Shown here: positions 1-11,927 of the stretch, one piece after another
How the letters are laid out: every line of letters starts with the position of its first letter
How positions within the stretch are numbered: position 1 is the stretch's first letter
Source: Lingula anatina
Lineage: Eukaryota > Animalia > Brachiopoda
Length of the DNA: 64,000 bases
Direction: 5' to 3'
NCBI GenBank assembly: GCA_051362555.1
Contig: CM120642.1
Coordinates: 33,418,001-33,482,000 of the forward strand
Translations under genes and position numbers: made by a program
The notes under the pieces: model-generated
What the model was told of the DNA's origin: nothing
Seen by the model: the letters and a program-made list of their open reading frames with translations, nothing else
The model's database searches: none

Positions 1-596
1 ACAGTTGTCCGCCACGCGCTGAACCTCCGAACTTTCATTTTCAAGTTTATCTCGTGCACATGCGCAGTAGGAGCCGGGCTGCCTCTGGGTCCCGAGGGTC
101 CAATGATACATATAGGGTGAGCAGAATGCACGTTACTCTACTCTTAGAACAACTGGAGAATATATAGCAACGAGTCAATTTTCTTAACCTCTCTATCTAT
201 CCATTCACCCATCTATCCTTGTGCAAAATATCAATATGTTAAAATGGGGTGAGCAAAGTGCACGTTACCAGCCTCTTCCAAAAAAACTGCCAAAACCCCG
301 CAATTTTGAGACACTCTTCTCAACTTGACTTAAATATCTATCTATCCCTAAGTGAACTTAACTATCTGTCTCTCTTTTGCAAAATATCATATTGCGGGCT
401 GTGGTAAAAAGAACAGAAAAACAACCATTGCATTTGATAGATTTTATGAATTTAAACCAGAATGTTTGGCTAATATTCAACCCGTATTTTTCAATTTTAG
501 AGCCATCATAGGGAACGGACTGAGTCAATTTCGATCACGAACGTTTGGTTGTAAACTCCCTCTATTCGAACGCCTTAGGAATTCAGAAGACAGGTA

Positions 597-637
<41 letters not shown>

Positions 638-3600
638 GAGAGAGGGAACGGAGAGAGAGATGGGTCGGTTGTTTCCTTTTGGTTTTCATCACAGTACGTT
701 TTTTAACAGAAAATAAAAGCATCTTATCCTGAGACTGAAATTTGGTGCGCATCCTCTTGATGCAGATATTGGTAAAAAGAAGCCACTACATCAGATCTTC
801 AGAATGTGAGGGGTTGTGAGAGAGTAGAAAGAACCGCCCCTCAGGTCGAAAAAGCAGATGGAAAAAGTTACGCTCGCACTCAAAATCCAATTTGGTTTCT
901 ATGGCATTTCTCAAATTCGGTAAACTAGACGCGTAATAAGGTCCATTTTTTGTTCTTGCTCAGTAAAAAAAATCCCTCACACAGCAAATTTAGGGCATAT
1001 CACTGACACTATGCATTTTATATCACGAGTACAGTCTAGTTGCAAAGTTATACGAATTTTCATCATCACACGTACATAGGATTGACGTAGAAGTGAAAAA
1101 GTAAGGTAAATGCACTGATTCGCGTATAATGTTTTTAAAAAAATGAAAAATACGAGCTCGCCAGGACTCGAACCTGGAATCTTCCGCTCCGTAGGCGGAC
1201 GCGTTATCCATTGCGCCACGAGCCCGTAGCATGCAAGAAAAGATGCAAAGAACACTCCCATTCTTTTGACATTAAGCATATTAACAGATCTTTTGGTATG
1301 AAAACCGTATAGAATATAAATAAAATAAACTGCCTATTTATAAAACGTCTTGATACCTTATAATACTACATCTGTATTGTCAGAACATATGTATATCGCG
1401 CAAACCATATTTCTAAAAGAATAGGTTGAGGGTCACGTGATATTCCCGCTGACGTCATAATGAATGTCGCTGAAAGTAGGTCACATTGCTTACATTCACA
1501 GTAGGATTTACATCGGGTCCTGTTAGAATTTACTGTGCATTGTTGATAGATATTTTCATTAGTATATATCTTAACTTTGAGACGAGCATCATTTTTACTG
1601 GTATTTCACGACCACTACATGTAAATTTCCTCTATCTAACCATACGGGCTATAATCACAAGCACTGGAAGACGTCGCTGTTATGTAGGCCTCCGAAAATG
1701 CCTGATCATTTCTAACTGACTACCTCTTTCATCAGTTACCCAGGCAGAATATAAAAGATGCTGCTCAGTCTTTACAGATGTTTCATCAAAAAGTTTTCAC
1801 AACAATCTTAAAGGCTTTTAAAACGATGTTTTCGACAGGTAGCCCAGCCTGGCAGCAGGACACCTGAGTTTTTTTTTAAATTTCAATTCTTATGGTTCCC
1901 AAGATTCGTCAAGGTAGGCCTAAGGTGTTTTACCACTTAAAAGTCCCATGGTAAATTTTCAAGGCTTTTTATTTTTTTACCTTGTGCCTGCTTCAGGGAT
2001 CCCAGACACTATTACGGCAACAGCATATGATAGGCCTATATGCCTCCAAGTAGGCCTATGCTCGTAGAAAATCATTAATCTTGAAATAATACTTAAAGTC
2101 TAGAGTGAGACACCTACTCTCCTATCAGAGACGATCTTTCCTCATAATAAAGGCGAGAAGCCTAACACTCTAAGAGTCGCTCTCTACTCTGCACGGAATG
2201 TCCTTTTCAAGGCACCCTATACCTAGTGACTATAAATCTCATACCAGGCAGGCGAGACACCTACCTTCCTATCAGAGACAATCGTTGGACACTCTAAGAG
2301 CCACTCTCTACTCTGCAAGGGGCGCTGTAAAAACACACGTCCTCAGAGGCCCAGCTCTGAATCGTGTTATTTTGGTAAAGTGGAATCGAACTAGGACATG
2401 AGCCCACCACCCCCAACACTTAGACCTAGGCCTACGTACACCTGAGTCGATAGACTTAAGTTTCAATTAATAATAATAATAAAAATAATCATAATAATAG
2501 TAAATAAATAAAAAAAAAAAAAAAACTCGATGCGGCGACGCGGAAAAAAACTAGATGTCTGTTCTAATGATAGAACAGGAAATGCCAATATTCACAAGTG
2601 AAAATAACCTCCACCCCCCAGGGACAGCCACACCGAGGCGGAATCAATCTATGAAGGGCTCTTAAAGGCCTATATCTCTGACGATGGCACCTTCAGTTAC
2701 CAAAGTTTCAACTTTCTCACTTAAATGGCCTAGGAAGGGCTACTAGCAGAACGTGGAAAATAGAACCATCCACCCCCCAAGGACAGCCCCACCAGTCCTA
2801 ATTTCATTCAAAGTGCACCTGCACATCCCTTGACAGCTCTATTTATCCACGAAGTTAAAAGCTACGGACTCTAATGATCAGAGAGGAGGTACACCGTAGC
2901 CGAGAATCCACACGGATGGGATGGGCAACATTATCCCCGACTTTTTTCAGGAGTGCGGGGATAAACATGGTAGGCCTACTATAAAATAATCTATTAACTA
3001 ACCAACCATATTCACAAACGCTAAAAAAAAAAAAAATAAACATTGATAGCGAGCTAGTTTTCCGTTGGCGATAACTTGTTAAGCATAAAATCATGGACAG
3101 AAATCAGTAGCAGTGACTTAAATAAATCCTGAAATAATTTACTGTTGTGTCATAGAAACTTTGTCTCATCCCAAGTTATGATGGACAAAGATTTTTTTTT
3201 TTTTACATTTTTTACAATATTTTATTTCATTAATTCTAGAAATAAGGCAGTAGTAAATTAATCCAAAATAAAGAGAAGATGCAACTTGTAACCAGGACGG
3301 TCCAACAGCACGGTTTTGTCACGCCACTGTTGCCATAGCAACCATTCAATAGATTTTACATGTATTTAGTAGCGATTTTAGAAATAATCCCCAAGTAAGG
3401 GAACAATGAACAATTTAGAAAAGTGTCTACTCACGTTTATTGTTAGCTAAAATTGGAAATTAAAAGGTGATGCATTTACAAACACATAAAATGCAATTTT
3501 TACAAGAAACAATTTTAGCTAAACTGATTACCTTTATAGGAGAAATTTTACCTCTGCTGGAGCCGGTGCCGGGGTGGCGTCTGCTTTTGGAGCACCCGTG

Positions 3601-5257
3601 GGTGGCTTGTTATTTGCTTTGGAAGAAGTATCTTCATTCTGGACGATGAGGCTTTCATGGATGATTTTCTTCTGCTGTATGGTGACCACATTTTCCACCG
3701 ACTTTCTGAACTCCGCATTTGCCGAATTCAAATACTGGGGGAGTGTCGGCCTGTTTGATGTGGATAAATACATTATATTTCGGGTAAGTGAACAATAAGT
3801 ACATGTTACAAATTATAAAAAAAGTTTATTTACGAGTTACAGTTACTCGTAAATGCACCTTTTTAATGATACACAGGGTGATGCAGAATCTCCCCTTGTT
3901 TTCTGTTGTCTGATGACCCCATGCTAACAGGTATTTAATGAACTGTAGCAGTTTTTCAAATGGTACTAAAAGACGACTTCAATCAGTAGAACATTTAAAA
4001 TACTCGATTAGATTAATTAAAGTCCAATATCGAATCCAATTGTACAGACTCTACTGCAATACGCAGGGTGTTTTGTACTTACGTCTGACCACCTTTTATC
4101 CCCATAATATGTTATATACTAAGACATTCCTTTCATAACAAATTAAATGCAATGTTTAATAGCAGAACATTATAAAACATCAAATTCGAGGGAAAAAAAC
4201 ATTTCCCATACATTAATATGGACGTCGACACTGCTGCGATTCGCAGGGTGTATTGGCTCAGTTTGCTTACTTGTCTGATGACCCCCAACTTACGTCATAC
4301 ATCTGTGCTTAGCTGTCTCTTCACGTACATGTGCAAACAGGCGCTCGCGCACACACATAATAAAACATTGCAATAGTAACACCTGTACCTACTACCGATC
4401 TACCTTAAAACTGTCAAGACGATTGGCGGGCGGCATGGTTCATCAGAAAGTGGTATTTTTTTCCTCGTTAACTCGAGACATGCCTGGTAAATAACTAATA
4501 TCTCTTGTCCTCGGATAAGTTCAACAAGAAGTGGTTTGTGTATTTAAAGCGTTAAAAACCCAACGCCCCATCTCTTTATTTTCTGATCAATTAAAATAGT
4601 CCAAGCAGTCTAGCTACTGAGATAAACTGCGTCACATGTGGTACTTACCCGCCGAGTGTTACACGAGTAGTAACATTATCGTGCCGGAAAAAGTTGAAGG
4701 CGTGGATGCCAGATCTAGAAAAACAATTTTCTAGTATGATTAACAAATGAATAAGCATTAAAATCCTGCTTACCTCTTTTAATTCGTGCGTGAACTGTCA
4801 TTTTCGCTTTCCTTGGCGCTCTGTTTTCTACTTTTTAATACGTTGCTCGCCTGTGTTGTTGTGTGTCCAGACTACTTCTATTTCTGGAATGACCGTCTGC
4901 TTACTTTCCCTGACCCGTCATCGCGTAATATCATTGGCTCATTACTCGTCACTGACCTCTGACCCTAAATACTCGTCTTTGATTGGTGCGGTATCTTGCT
5001 TGGAAGTGCCCAACAAGGGGCGCTGGACGGTTCCTCTATGTCTCCTGAACATCTGGTGGTTACTTCGAGTCGCGTGACATGGAGGGGGGGGGGGGTTAAA
5101 ACTATGTTAGAGGCCTGCTGAAGGTTGTAAGTGTTGCGCTAGTTTTCTTGCTGGACATTACAGATATGTACACCGCTTTTGAATCTGGGAAAATGTAGTG
5201 AAAAAAAATCACTGTGATCGTGTAAAAGGTAGGGTAGAAGCACTTACTGCCATGGAT

Positions 5258-5293
<36 letters not shown>

Positions 5294-8200
5294 GGCGCTG
5301 AAGGGTGACATAAATTTTGCGCACGTTTTCTCGCTGGGTAATACAGAAACGTGCACTGCCGGTTAATGCTATTCTGAACAGACAAAGAAATAAATTAGTT
5401 GTGGAAATGTAGTGAAAGAATTCTCACTAAGACCCTTTTATATTATATTTGTAAAGGTTCATGAAGAAATAGCCGTGAACGTGATACTGTTTATTCCCTC
5501 CGCCCTGCTAGGGGCACTGGGAGGCCTGCTAGGGGGGGTCTACACCGTCCTCAACCTGAAGATAGTCCGAGCACGGCGTGCCATCATGTCTAAGATAACC
5601 AATAGATGGCTGGAGAAAATGGCAAGGTTTCTGGAGCCCGTCATAGTAATGGTAAGTAATCCATTCATAAAATATGCTTGTTTTTGTTTGAAAGGCTGGC
5701 AATGAATATAAATTTATTTACCCACATTGCAAGTTATTTTCAGACGTAAAAACTGACTTTTATCTTTTCACATCGTTATTGTTTTAACACGTGAAAAATA
5801 ACTTTTTTGGCACAAAAATCTTGTTTGGTGTAATAGGATAAACCAATATGAGAAACATATCATAGCGGGTAAATATTACCGCGCTGTTCTAATACTGAAA
5901 TTGACGGGAAGCATATCTTGTGTCTTTTAGGGTTCGATCACAACGACTCTATCGTTCTTCGTAAATCGATGTAACTCTGCGGGGACTCTCGCTGATGCAA
6001 TCAGATTTACACGTCACTTCCTGGTTGATCAAGAGAAGACGTGGTAATCTGATTGCAGTCAGCGAGAGTCCCCGCAGTGAAGGATCGATCTCCTTATAAC
6101 AAAAGTTTCATCGGGACAGAGCCATATTTTTGTGTTTGTGTTGGTGTTTTGTTCAGGTTTTACTGTCGTTATATGTTTCTTGATCATTTATGATGAATGA
6201 AAGTCAAAGGTTTTACTACTGTTAAATATTAAATTGGGTCTAATGTATTTTTAATGCACGGGTGCCAAAATACTTGACTTTATTAGCGTTTAAACCTTGT
6301 AGTTAGTTCATACTAAAATATTTCAATGACATTCTTTTGCTGTATCAGACAATACTGGCAGCGCTGTCCGTGTCAATACCGATGTTATTCCCATGTCGAC
6401 CGTCCTCCTGCCCCAAACTACCAGAGAATACCACAGCGTTGCCCAATGGAACTCAGTAAGTAGAAACTACGGTCTCCAGAGACCTATCCCGATCTTTGGA
6501 CACAAGGCACTTGAATTTAGTATAACAATATAGTTAACACATCATACACTTTTATATTACTATTATCCTTTTAATGTGTAAAAAATCAGGCTTTTTAGTT
6601 GATTTTTTATATAAAAAATATTCATAAATTTTATGTGTAGGCCTAGCTGAATATTTTACAAATAATATTTATAAGCAGTTCATTATCGTTTTAGTCAGTT
6701 CAAAAGACTAGGGTAACGTAGTGAAATGCATCCGAACACGCTGTAGATAACTAACAGTGAAGAATAATGTGAAATCTGTAAATAAATAAATACAAATGTT
6801 TGTTTCATTACAGCCCCGAGTGTCCAGTGATAGGGAACTTCACGTGGAAGGTCAGTAAACACGCGGTCCAGTTCACGTGTCCGGGGCCAGAGAGCCATGG
6901 GGGCCATAACGAACACCCTGAGACCAGCGGGGAATACAACGAACGTATGTATCTAGAAATATATAACAGTCCTAGCAGACTGAATATATTATGGGGATGG
7001 GACAATGGGGATTGGGCGGGGATATAACTATATTTGTGTTATATATAAATATTTTCTTGTCTTTCAATATTTAAATCGGCATTTGTATTTCATAACATTG
7101 ATCATGGCGGTCTATTTATCTAGACGGAAGAAAAAGTAAATCTCACAATCCCTTCATTACTTTAAAAATAAAAATTCAAATAAAGTAAAAACTTAATTAT
7201 TATGGAAGATATTAAGTGCATTATATAAAATCTCGAATATGTTAACCACAGGGGCGTCCATCATAGACGGAAGTGAAAATTAATCTCACCATCCCCCCAT
7301 TTCTTTAAAAGTGAACATTCAAATCCAGTAAAACTGAATTATTCTGAAATATTTTAAGTGTTTCTAAAATAGTTTATTTCTAATGTGTCTACCGCAGTGG
7401 CGTCCATCCTATTCTTGGGCGGTGAGGACGCGGTCCGTAACCTGTTTTCACGGCGTACCTACCTGATGTTTAGTTACGTATCCTTGGTGACAGCGTTGGT
7501 CATTTATTTCCTGCTGTCCTGCTGGGTCCTCGGGAGCTCTGTGACGGCTGGTCTGGTGATTCCAATGCTGTGAGTAGACAACTATGGAATGGTTTTATGT
7601 TATTTTATAGCGAGAATCGCCTTGGAGATGGATCGATCCTGTTAGATCGATCTAGTAAGGGAACCCAGTCATACTGGTTGGTCTTGGACCAACACGGGTA
7701 CAGAAAATTGACAAATTGCTATATGTATCAAAGAGACTAAGAATAAGAATTAATCAATTGTCTGAAATAATAAATGATACAATGACCTGCCATCGTTGTA
7801 AAATATCCTTCATCTCCCATATATTTCATCAGTTTTATCGGCGGGTTATACGGGAGGATCGTAGGGCGAGGAATGGTGGATGTATTCTTCCTAATAACCG
7901 GTCAGATGCCTACAGACCCTTACTGGCGGTGGATCGACCCCGGGGCCTTCGCTCTCATCGGGGCAGCAAGCTTCTTCGGGGGAGTGTCCCGACTGACCAT
8001 GTCACTGACAGTTATCATGGTGGGTTTGAAATAGTGTTAGTTTTGTTTTTGAGTTTTGTACTAGTTTTAAGTTTCTACTCAACAGGTGTTTTAAAGTTTG
8101 TTTTGTAAAATTAAAAAACAGAAGAGAGAGGCTTTTTGTCAAGGACATAATAGTTTGAAATAAAGCAATAGTTCTCTTAATTGGCATTACCCCCCCCCCC

Positions 8201-9858
8201 AAAAAAAAAAAAATAATAATAATAATAATAAAATTCTCCAGTGTAACCATTCAGCTTGTAGCAATCTGAAATCTGTCCCCGCGTTTATCACGTTTGGCAG
8301 TTTTAACACAATTCATTCTTTTCTTTCGCCCTGATTCAGATGGAGATCACCAACGATATCCAGTTTCTGTTACCTATCATGGTGTCTGTGATGACGGCCA
8401 AGTGGGTTGGCGACATGATCACACACCCCCTCTATCTCTCCTTACTCGAGTTGAAGTGTATTCCATTCCTCGCTGACGAACCAGTTGTCCATGACGACGA
8501 GAATAAAATGTGAGTGGAAAATTTATGATTGTTTTGTTTGTGAAATAATGGCAATTATTTAAACCTTGTCAACAGATATTCCATCATAGCTGTTTGTTAT
8601 CCCCCATAATAAGATTAGTGGATATTCCAAAAATATTAGTGGATATTCCATTTTATACTTTATCCCATTACATGTACCTTCTATATAGAAAAGGATAAAC
8701 AAAATACTTTAAACAATTCGTATCTGTTATGATAATTTCAGAGTAAATCTGGAACTGCACACTGTTGCCGACATCATGACAACGCCAGTGAAAACTCTGC
8801 AGACGCGCGAGAGTGTGCGAACTTTGGCGAGACTTGTGCTGCAGAACCCGTATGGAGGATACCCCGTGGTAGCACGTGACGGGGACTCGAAGGAGGACCA
8901 TCTTCTGGGTATTATTACAAGGTATGTATGATTTAACTACCTTGATGTCATGTTGTGTGCGCTGAAAATTTTATAAACAGTAGTAAATAGCGATAGCCCA
9001 AACTGTCGAAGACGGCATGGAAGAGTATTTTAAAAAATGTATTTTATGTATTTTATGTATTTTAGAATAATGTAAAATGTATTTTAGATAATATATAAAA
9101 TAAAAAAGCTTGTTTTTCTTAGAACTACGAATTTTAGAATTATAAATGTACCATCCTACTTTTGGTTGCAATTAAATATTATTATTATTATTATTATTGC
9201 TGAAAGTCGCTTTTTCACGCCATATATTGAAGGCCCTATCCCAGCTAACAAATGTACTAAGTACATGTAACTCCACACATAGTACTCCTAGCAGTGCCTC
9301 GCCTCTTAAAGCGAATCCGTTACATTAGGAATCAGCAAGATTATTATTTACACAGAATATATACTGATTTTGGATGGTTATCCAGTTTTGTGCATTATTC
9401 AATTATTTTGTTGTTTATTGGAAGGAATGAGCTGATGATGCTGTTGACGGAAATGGTAATAAATCCACGAGCGTCCCCGAATGCTGATTACATTCCAAAC
9501 CTCTCATTTAGTGTGGTAGGTACATCCTTACAGCTTCCGTTGGAGCGTGTATACACATAACAGACAAGTTTAAATGAACTCATTATGGCGTTGTGCGCGA
9601 GTACAATGAAATCATAATGACTGCAAAATCAAACGCAGTTACCTATTGTTAATGCGTCAGTTAAAATGGCAATATGGTATTGCAATATCAATTGTGTGCA
9701 TCAAAATGTTTCCTTTTTTCAGTTAGGTAATGCTATTGATCGTCTCGACCATCTAAAAAGACGTGACCTTATTCTTCACAAATACGTGCTCGCTGCAGAA
9801 TATGATGATGTTATAATGGATATTGTAAGTCGATGTGCTTTTTTTAATCAACGCAGTT

Positions 9859-9912
<54 letters not shown>

Positions 9913-10279
9913 CACTTTAGATTAAACTTATTACAGTAAGAAACGAAATGCAAAATATAAAAGAAAAAGAAAAAAAAAACGTCTGACTAAAAGTATTCAA
10001 TTTCCTTTTTTTTTTTTTCAGTCACCATTTATCAATCAGTCGTCAAGCAGTATTCAAAGCAGCTTCTCTCTCCATCGGACCTATATTATGTTCCGCACAC
10101 TGGGATTACGTCACCTGACAGTTGTGGATCGCCGGAACCGCGTGGTCGGTATCGTCTCGCGGAAGGATATGATGGGATATTATTTAGAAGAGAAACTGGA
10201 CTTGAAACGAAGAATTCAGCAACAGCGAGAACGAAATGAAGACTCTGAGAGAAAATCTTTACTGAACGGATTGCAGTAG
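1..10279 (+). CDS. CLC-family chloride channel / Cl-/H+ exchanger (ClC-6/7-related, 'ClC-C-like' type), 5' end outside window, 13 exons visible
   Basis: Exons with GT-AG ends and consistent phases: <1-116, 501-593, 3540-3783, 5457-5651, 6349-6455, 6814-6944, 7398-7569, 7833-8019, 8340-8509, 8742-8921, 9425-9515, 9723-9824, 10022-10279 (TAG). The translation has CLC motifs GPEGPMIHIG (gating Glu), AGVASAFGAPVGGLLFALEE (proton Glu), GLVIP, DPGAFALIGAASFFGGVSRLTMSL, HPLY and two CBS domains (YGGYPVV; FRTLGLRHLTVVD). Confidence 0.95.
601..659. repeat. (GA)n microsatellite
   Basis: Imperfect AG dinucleotide run just after the donor of CLC exon 501-593. Confidence 0.9.
1137..1150 (-). terminator. 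Pol III oligo-T terminator of tRNA-Arg
   Basis: TTTTTCATTTTTTT on the minus strand, starting 2 nt after the tRNA 3' end. Confidence 0.75.
1153..1225 (-). tRNA. trnR-ACG: tRNA-Arg (anticodon ACG)
   Basis: Minus strand GGGCTCGTGGCGCAATGGATAACGCGTCCGCCTACGGAGCGGAAGATTCCAGGTTCGAGTCCTGGCGAGCTCG, 73 nt. Acceptor, D, anticodon (TCCGC/GCGGA, loop CTACGGA) and T (CCAGG-TTCGAGT-CCTGG) arms all pair; A and B boxes are intact. Confidence 0.96.
2106..2321. repeat. Degenerate direct repeat (~140-nt period)
   Basis: GAGACACCTA..TCCTATCAGAGAC.ATC and ACACTCTAAGAG.C.CTCTCTACTCTGCA.GG each occur twice. Confidence 0.7.
2551..2964 (-). mobile_element. Non-autonomous Helentron (HINE / DINE-1-like) element
   Basis: On the minus strand: 5' inverted repeat TTATCCCCG..CGGGGATAA (2931-2964), short ATCC microsatellite, internal ~160-nt subrepeats (CCACCCCCCA.GGACAGCC at ~2611 and ~2770), 3' hairpin CTGTTCTA/TAGAACAG (2559-2578), then CTAG followed by a T run. 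Confidence 0.65.
5259..5292. repeat. Poly-G tract
   Basis: Uninterrupted run of ~34 G in a CLC intron; a shorter G run lies at ~5084-5095. Confidence 0.9.
5977..6077. mobile_element. Fold-back MITE (GATCGATC family)
   Basis: ~40-nt arms CTGCGGGGACTCTCGCTGA-TGCAATCAGATT / AATCTGATTGCAGTCAGCGAGAGTCCCCGCAG, flanked by ATCGAT-containing motifs; the arm resembles the element at 50684-50895. Confidence 0.7.
7120..7360. repeat. Degenerate tandem duplication (~143-nt unit x2)
   Basis: TAGACGGAAG...AATCTCAC...TTTAAAA...ATTCAAAT..AGTAAAA...TTAAGTG occurs twice. Confidence 0.75.
7607..7663. mobile_element. Solo arm of GATCGATC-family MITE
   Basis: GAGATGGATCGATCCTGTTAGATCGATCTAG..AGGGAA matches the right arm of the element at 51941-52171. 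Confidence 0.6.
9859..9910. repeat. (TG)n(AG)n compound microsatellite
   Basis: Visible directly; a second TG/AG compound repeat is at 18146-18201. Confidence 0.9.
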
Positions 10280-11927
10280 CTGTGACATTCAACACAATAC
10301 AGAAAATCACATCAAACACAATGCCGCGCGTCGCCTTGGGCAAATCAGTATTATATTTCAAATGCACTGGATAGATTTCGTAAATGCTATAGACGTTTAT
10401 GAAAGCGTAACATGAAGTCTTTTAATGGCGAATATTTTGCCGAAATAAATGCCGAGTTTTGCTGAGCTATTTTTAAATCACAGTCTTTGTGTTTAAGTAT
10501 CAACGTCAAAGTGCATTAATGACAGCATCTAAAATGCGAGAAAACGCGAGATTATTCAGTGGTATGTTTTTTACTGATCTGTGTAAACGAAGAGTGCCAA
10601 TGTGGTGCACAACATCCTCTCACTCCTTTTTCTACAGTCATAAAGACAGATATAACGTTGCAGTTGTACTGATGTGACTGAAATGAAAGGAAATTCTGCA
10701 CTGAGTTAACGCGGTGCATTTACGCAATCTGTTTACATGTCGATAGAAATCGGAATTGCTTATTTATTTACAAACTACACAAATAAGTATCTACTGTTTC
10801 TGAAAATAGTGCTCTCAGACTTGTTATTTTTCCATCACGTTTTATTTTTTGCTGGATGTTTACATTCGTGAGGAGTGTAACGTTAACGCTTTACCGTCAT
10901 TTCGCATAAATCTTTATATGCCATTCTGCAGGTATAAATTACAGAAACGTGTCTTCCAGTATAACAAGATTTCTATATAGATTGACCAGTTACTTCTTTG
11001 CAAAAATCTTATCCAAAGCAACACTTTTTGGAATTTTTGAGAGGATTAGACAGATAACTTATCTTGAATAAATTCAATAATTTTTTTAAGAATCCAGAAA
11101 ATATACCAAGATGTCAGTTTAAATTTCAATGATTTTATTCATCACAAAATTTATGTTCAGTCGATATCTCCAGTGACACACACACACACACACATCGATA
11201 CAGGAATCACAACATCAATTCACAAAACATTCATACATTGTGCTGTTTTAGTTTTCTTAACATATGTCCAAACCTTTGCAAACGGAGCAATTTATAGTTA
11301 AATAGACATATTAGACAGCCGTTAATTTGACTAAATCCAGACGTTTTTCTACAAAGAGTGCTCTAGTTTATGTCGTGGTAGTAGAGCTATGATTTAAGAC
11401 GCTCCACCGCTTCTTAATACTGTACAGTGTATTGCACATACGTCAGATCACGTGCATGATGGAATGTACATTTTAAAATAAATTAAGTTAAATATTTACA
11501 AATTTACAGAACAAAATATACAGATTTACAACATTGAGGTTAGTGCTTTGCTTGGAAAACTGGGACAACTTTAACTAAAGTCAGTTTGTCAATGTTACGT
11601 GGTTATGTCTCTTCCCAAGCACTGGTCAAATGAAAGAAAGCCGTGTCACTGATCACATAAATCCCAAAGTTGCCACATTTGAAGATTGTCTAAAGGAGAG
11701 TTACGTCTTCCCCGTCAACAGACGTGAACAATCGGCTTCAGTTCGAATCAAGGGCTTGTCACTCAACCCGGCTTTGTTTTTTATTTCAAAGTCATTTCCC
11801 TGGATGTTGAGTTAAATCTTCTACAGTCAGATCTACAGTCTCGTGCCTGCTACAAGTAGTCAGCAGACGATCGCCCTTGAGGTAGCTAGACATAGGAGAT
11901 ATTAGGTGGGTTACGAAACAATAGAGT

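Noticed and set aside
525-752. ORF with SLSLSL repeats
   Set aside because: Artefact of the (GA)n microsatellite, antisense to a CLC exon.
977-1279. ORFs 977-1279 and 1023-1232
   Set aside because: They are translations across the tRNA-Arg gene with no protein motif.
3905-4290. CTGATGA words suggesting hammerhead ribozymes/retrozyme (also at ~43088 and on the minus strand at ~28246-28252)
   Set aside because: No stem II closed by GAAA and no stem III/NUH arrangement could be built.
4405-5080. CpG-richer intronic segment with CCAAT boxes and minus-strand donor-like sites, possibly a nested gene or TE promoter
   Set aside because: No coherent ORF, termini or homology could be identified by eye.
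5102-5356. Poly-proline ORF (similarly poly-Gly 50897-51208 and poly-Tyr 46030-46239)
   Set aside because: Produced by homopolymer or trinucleotide tracts within introns.
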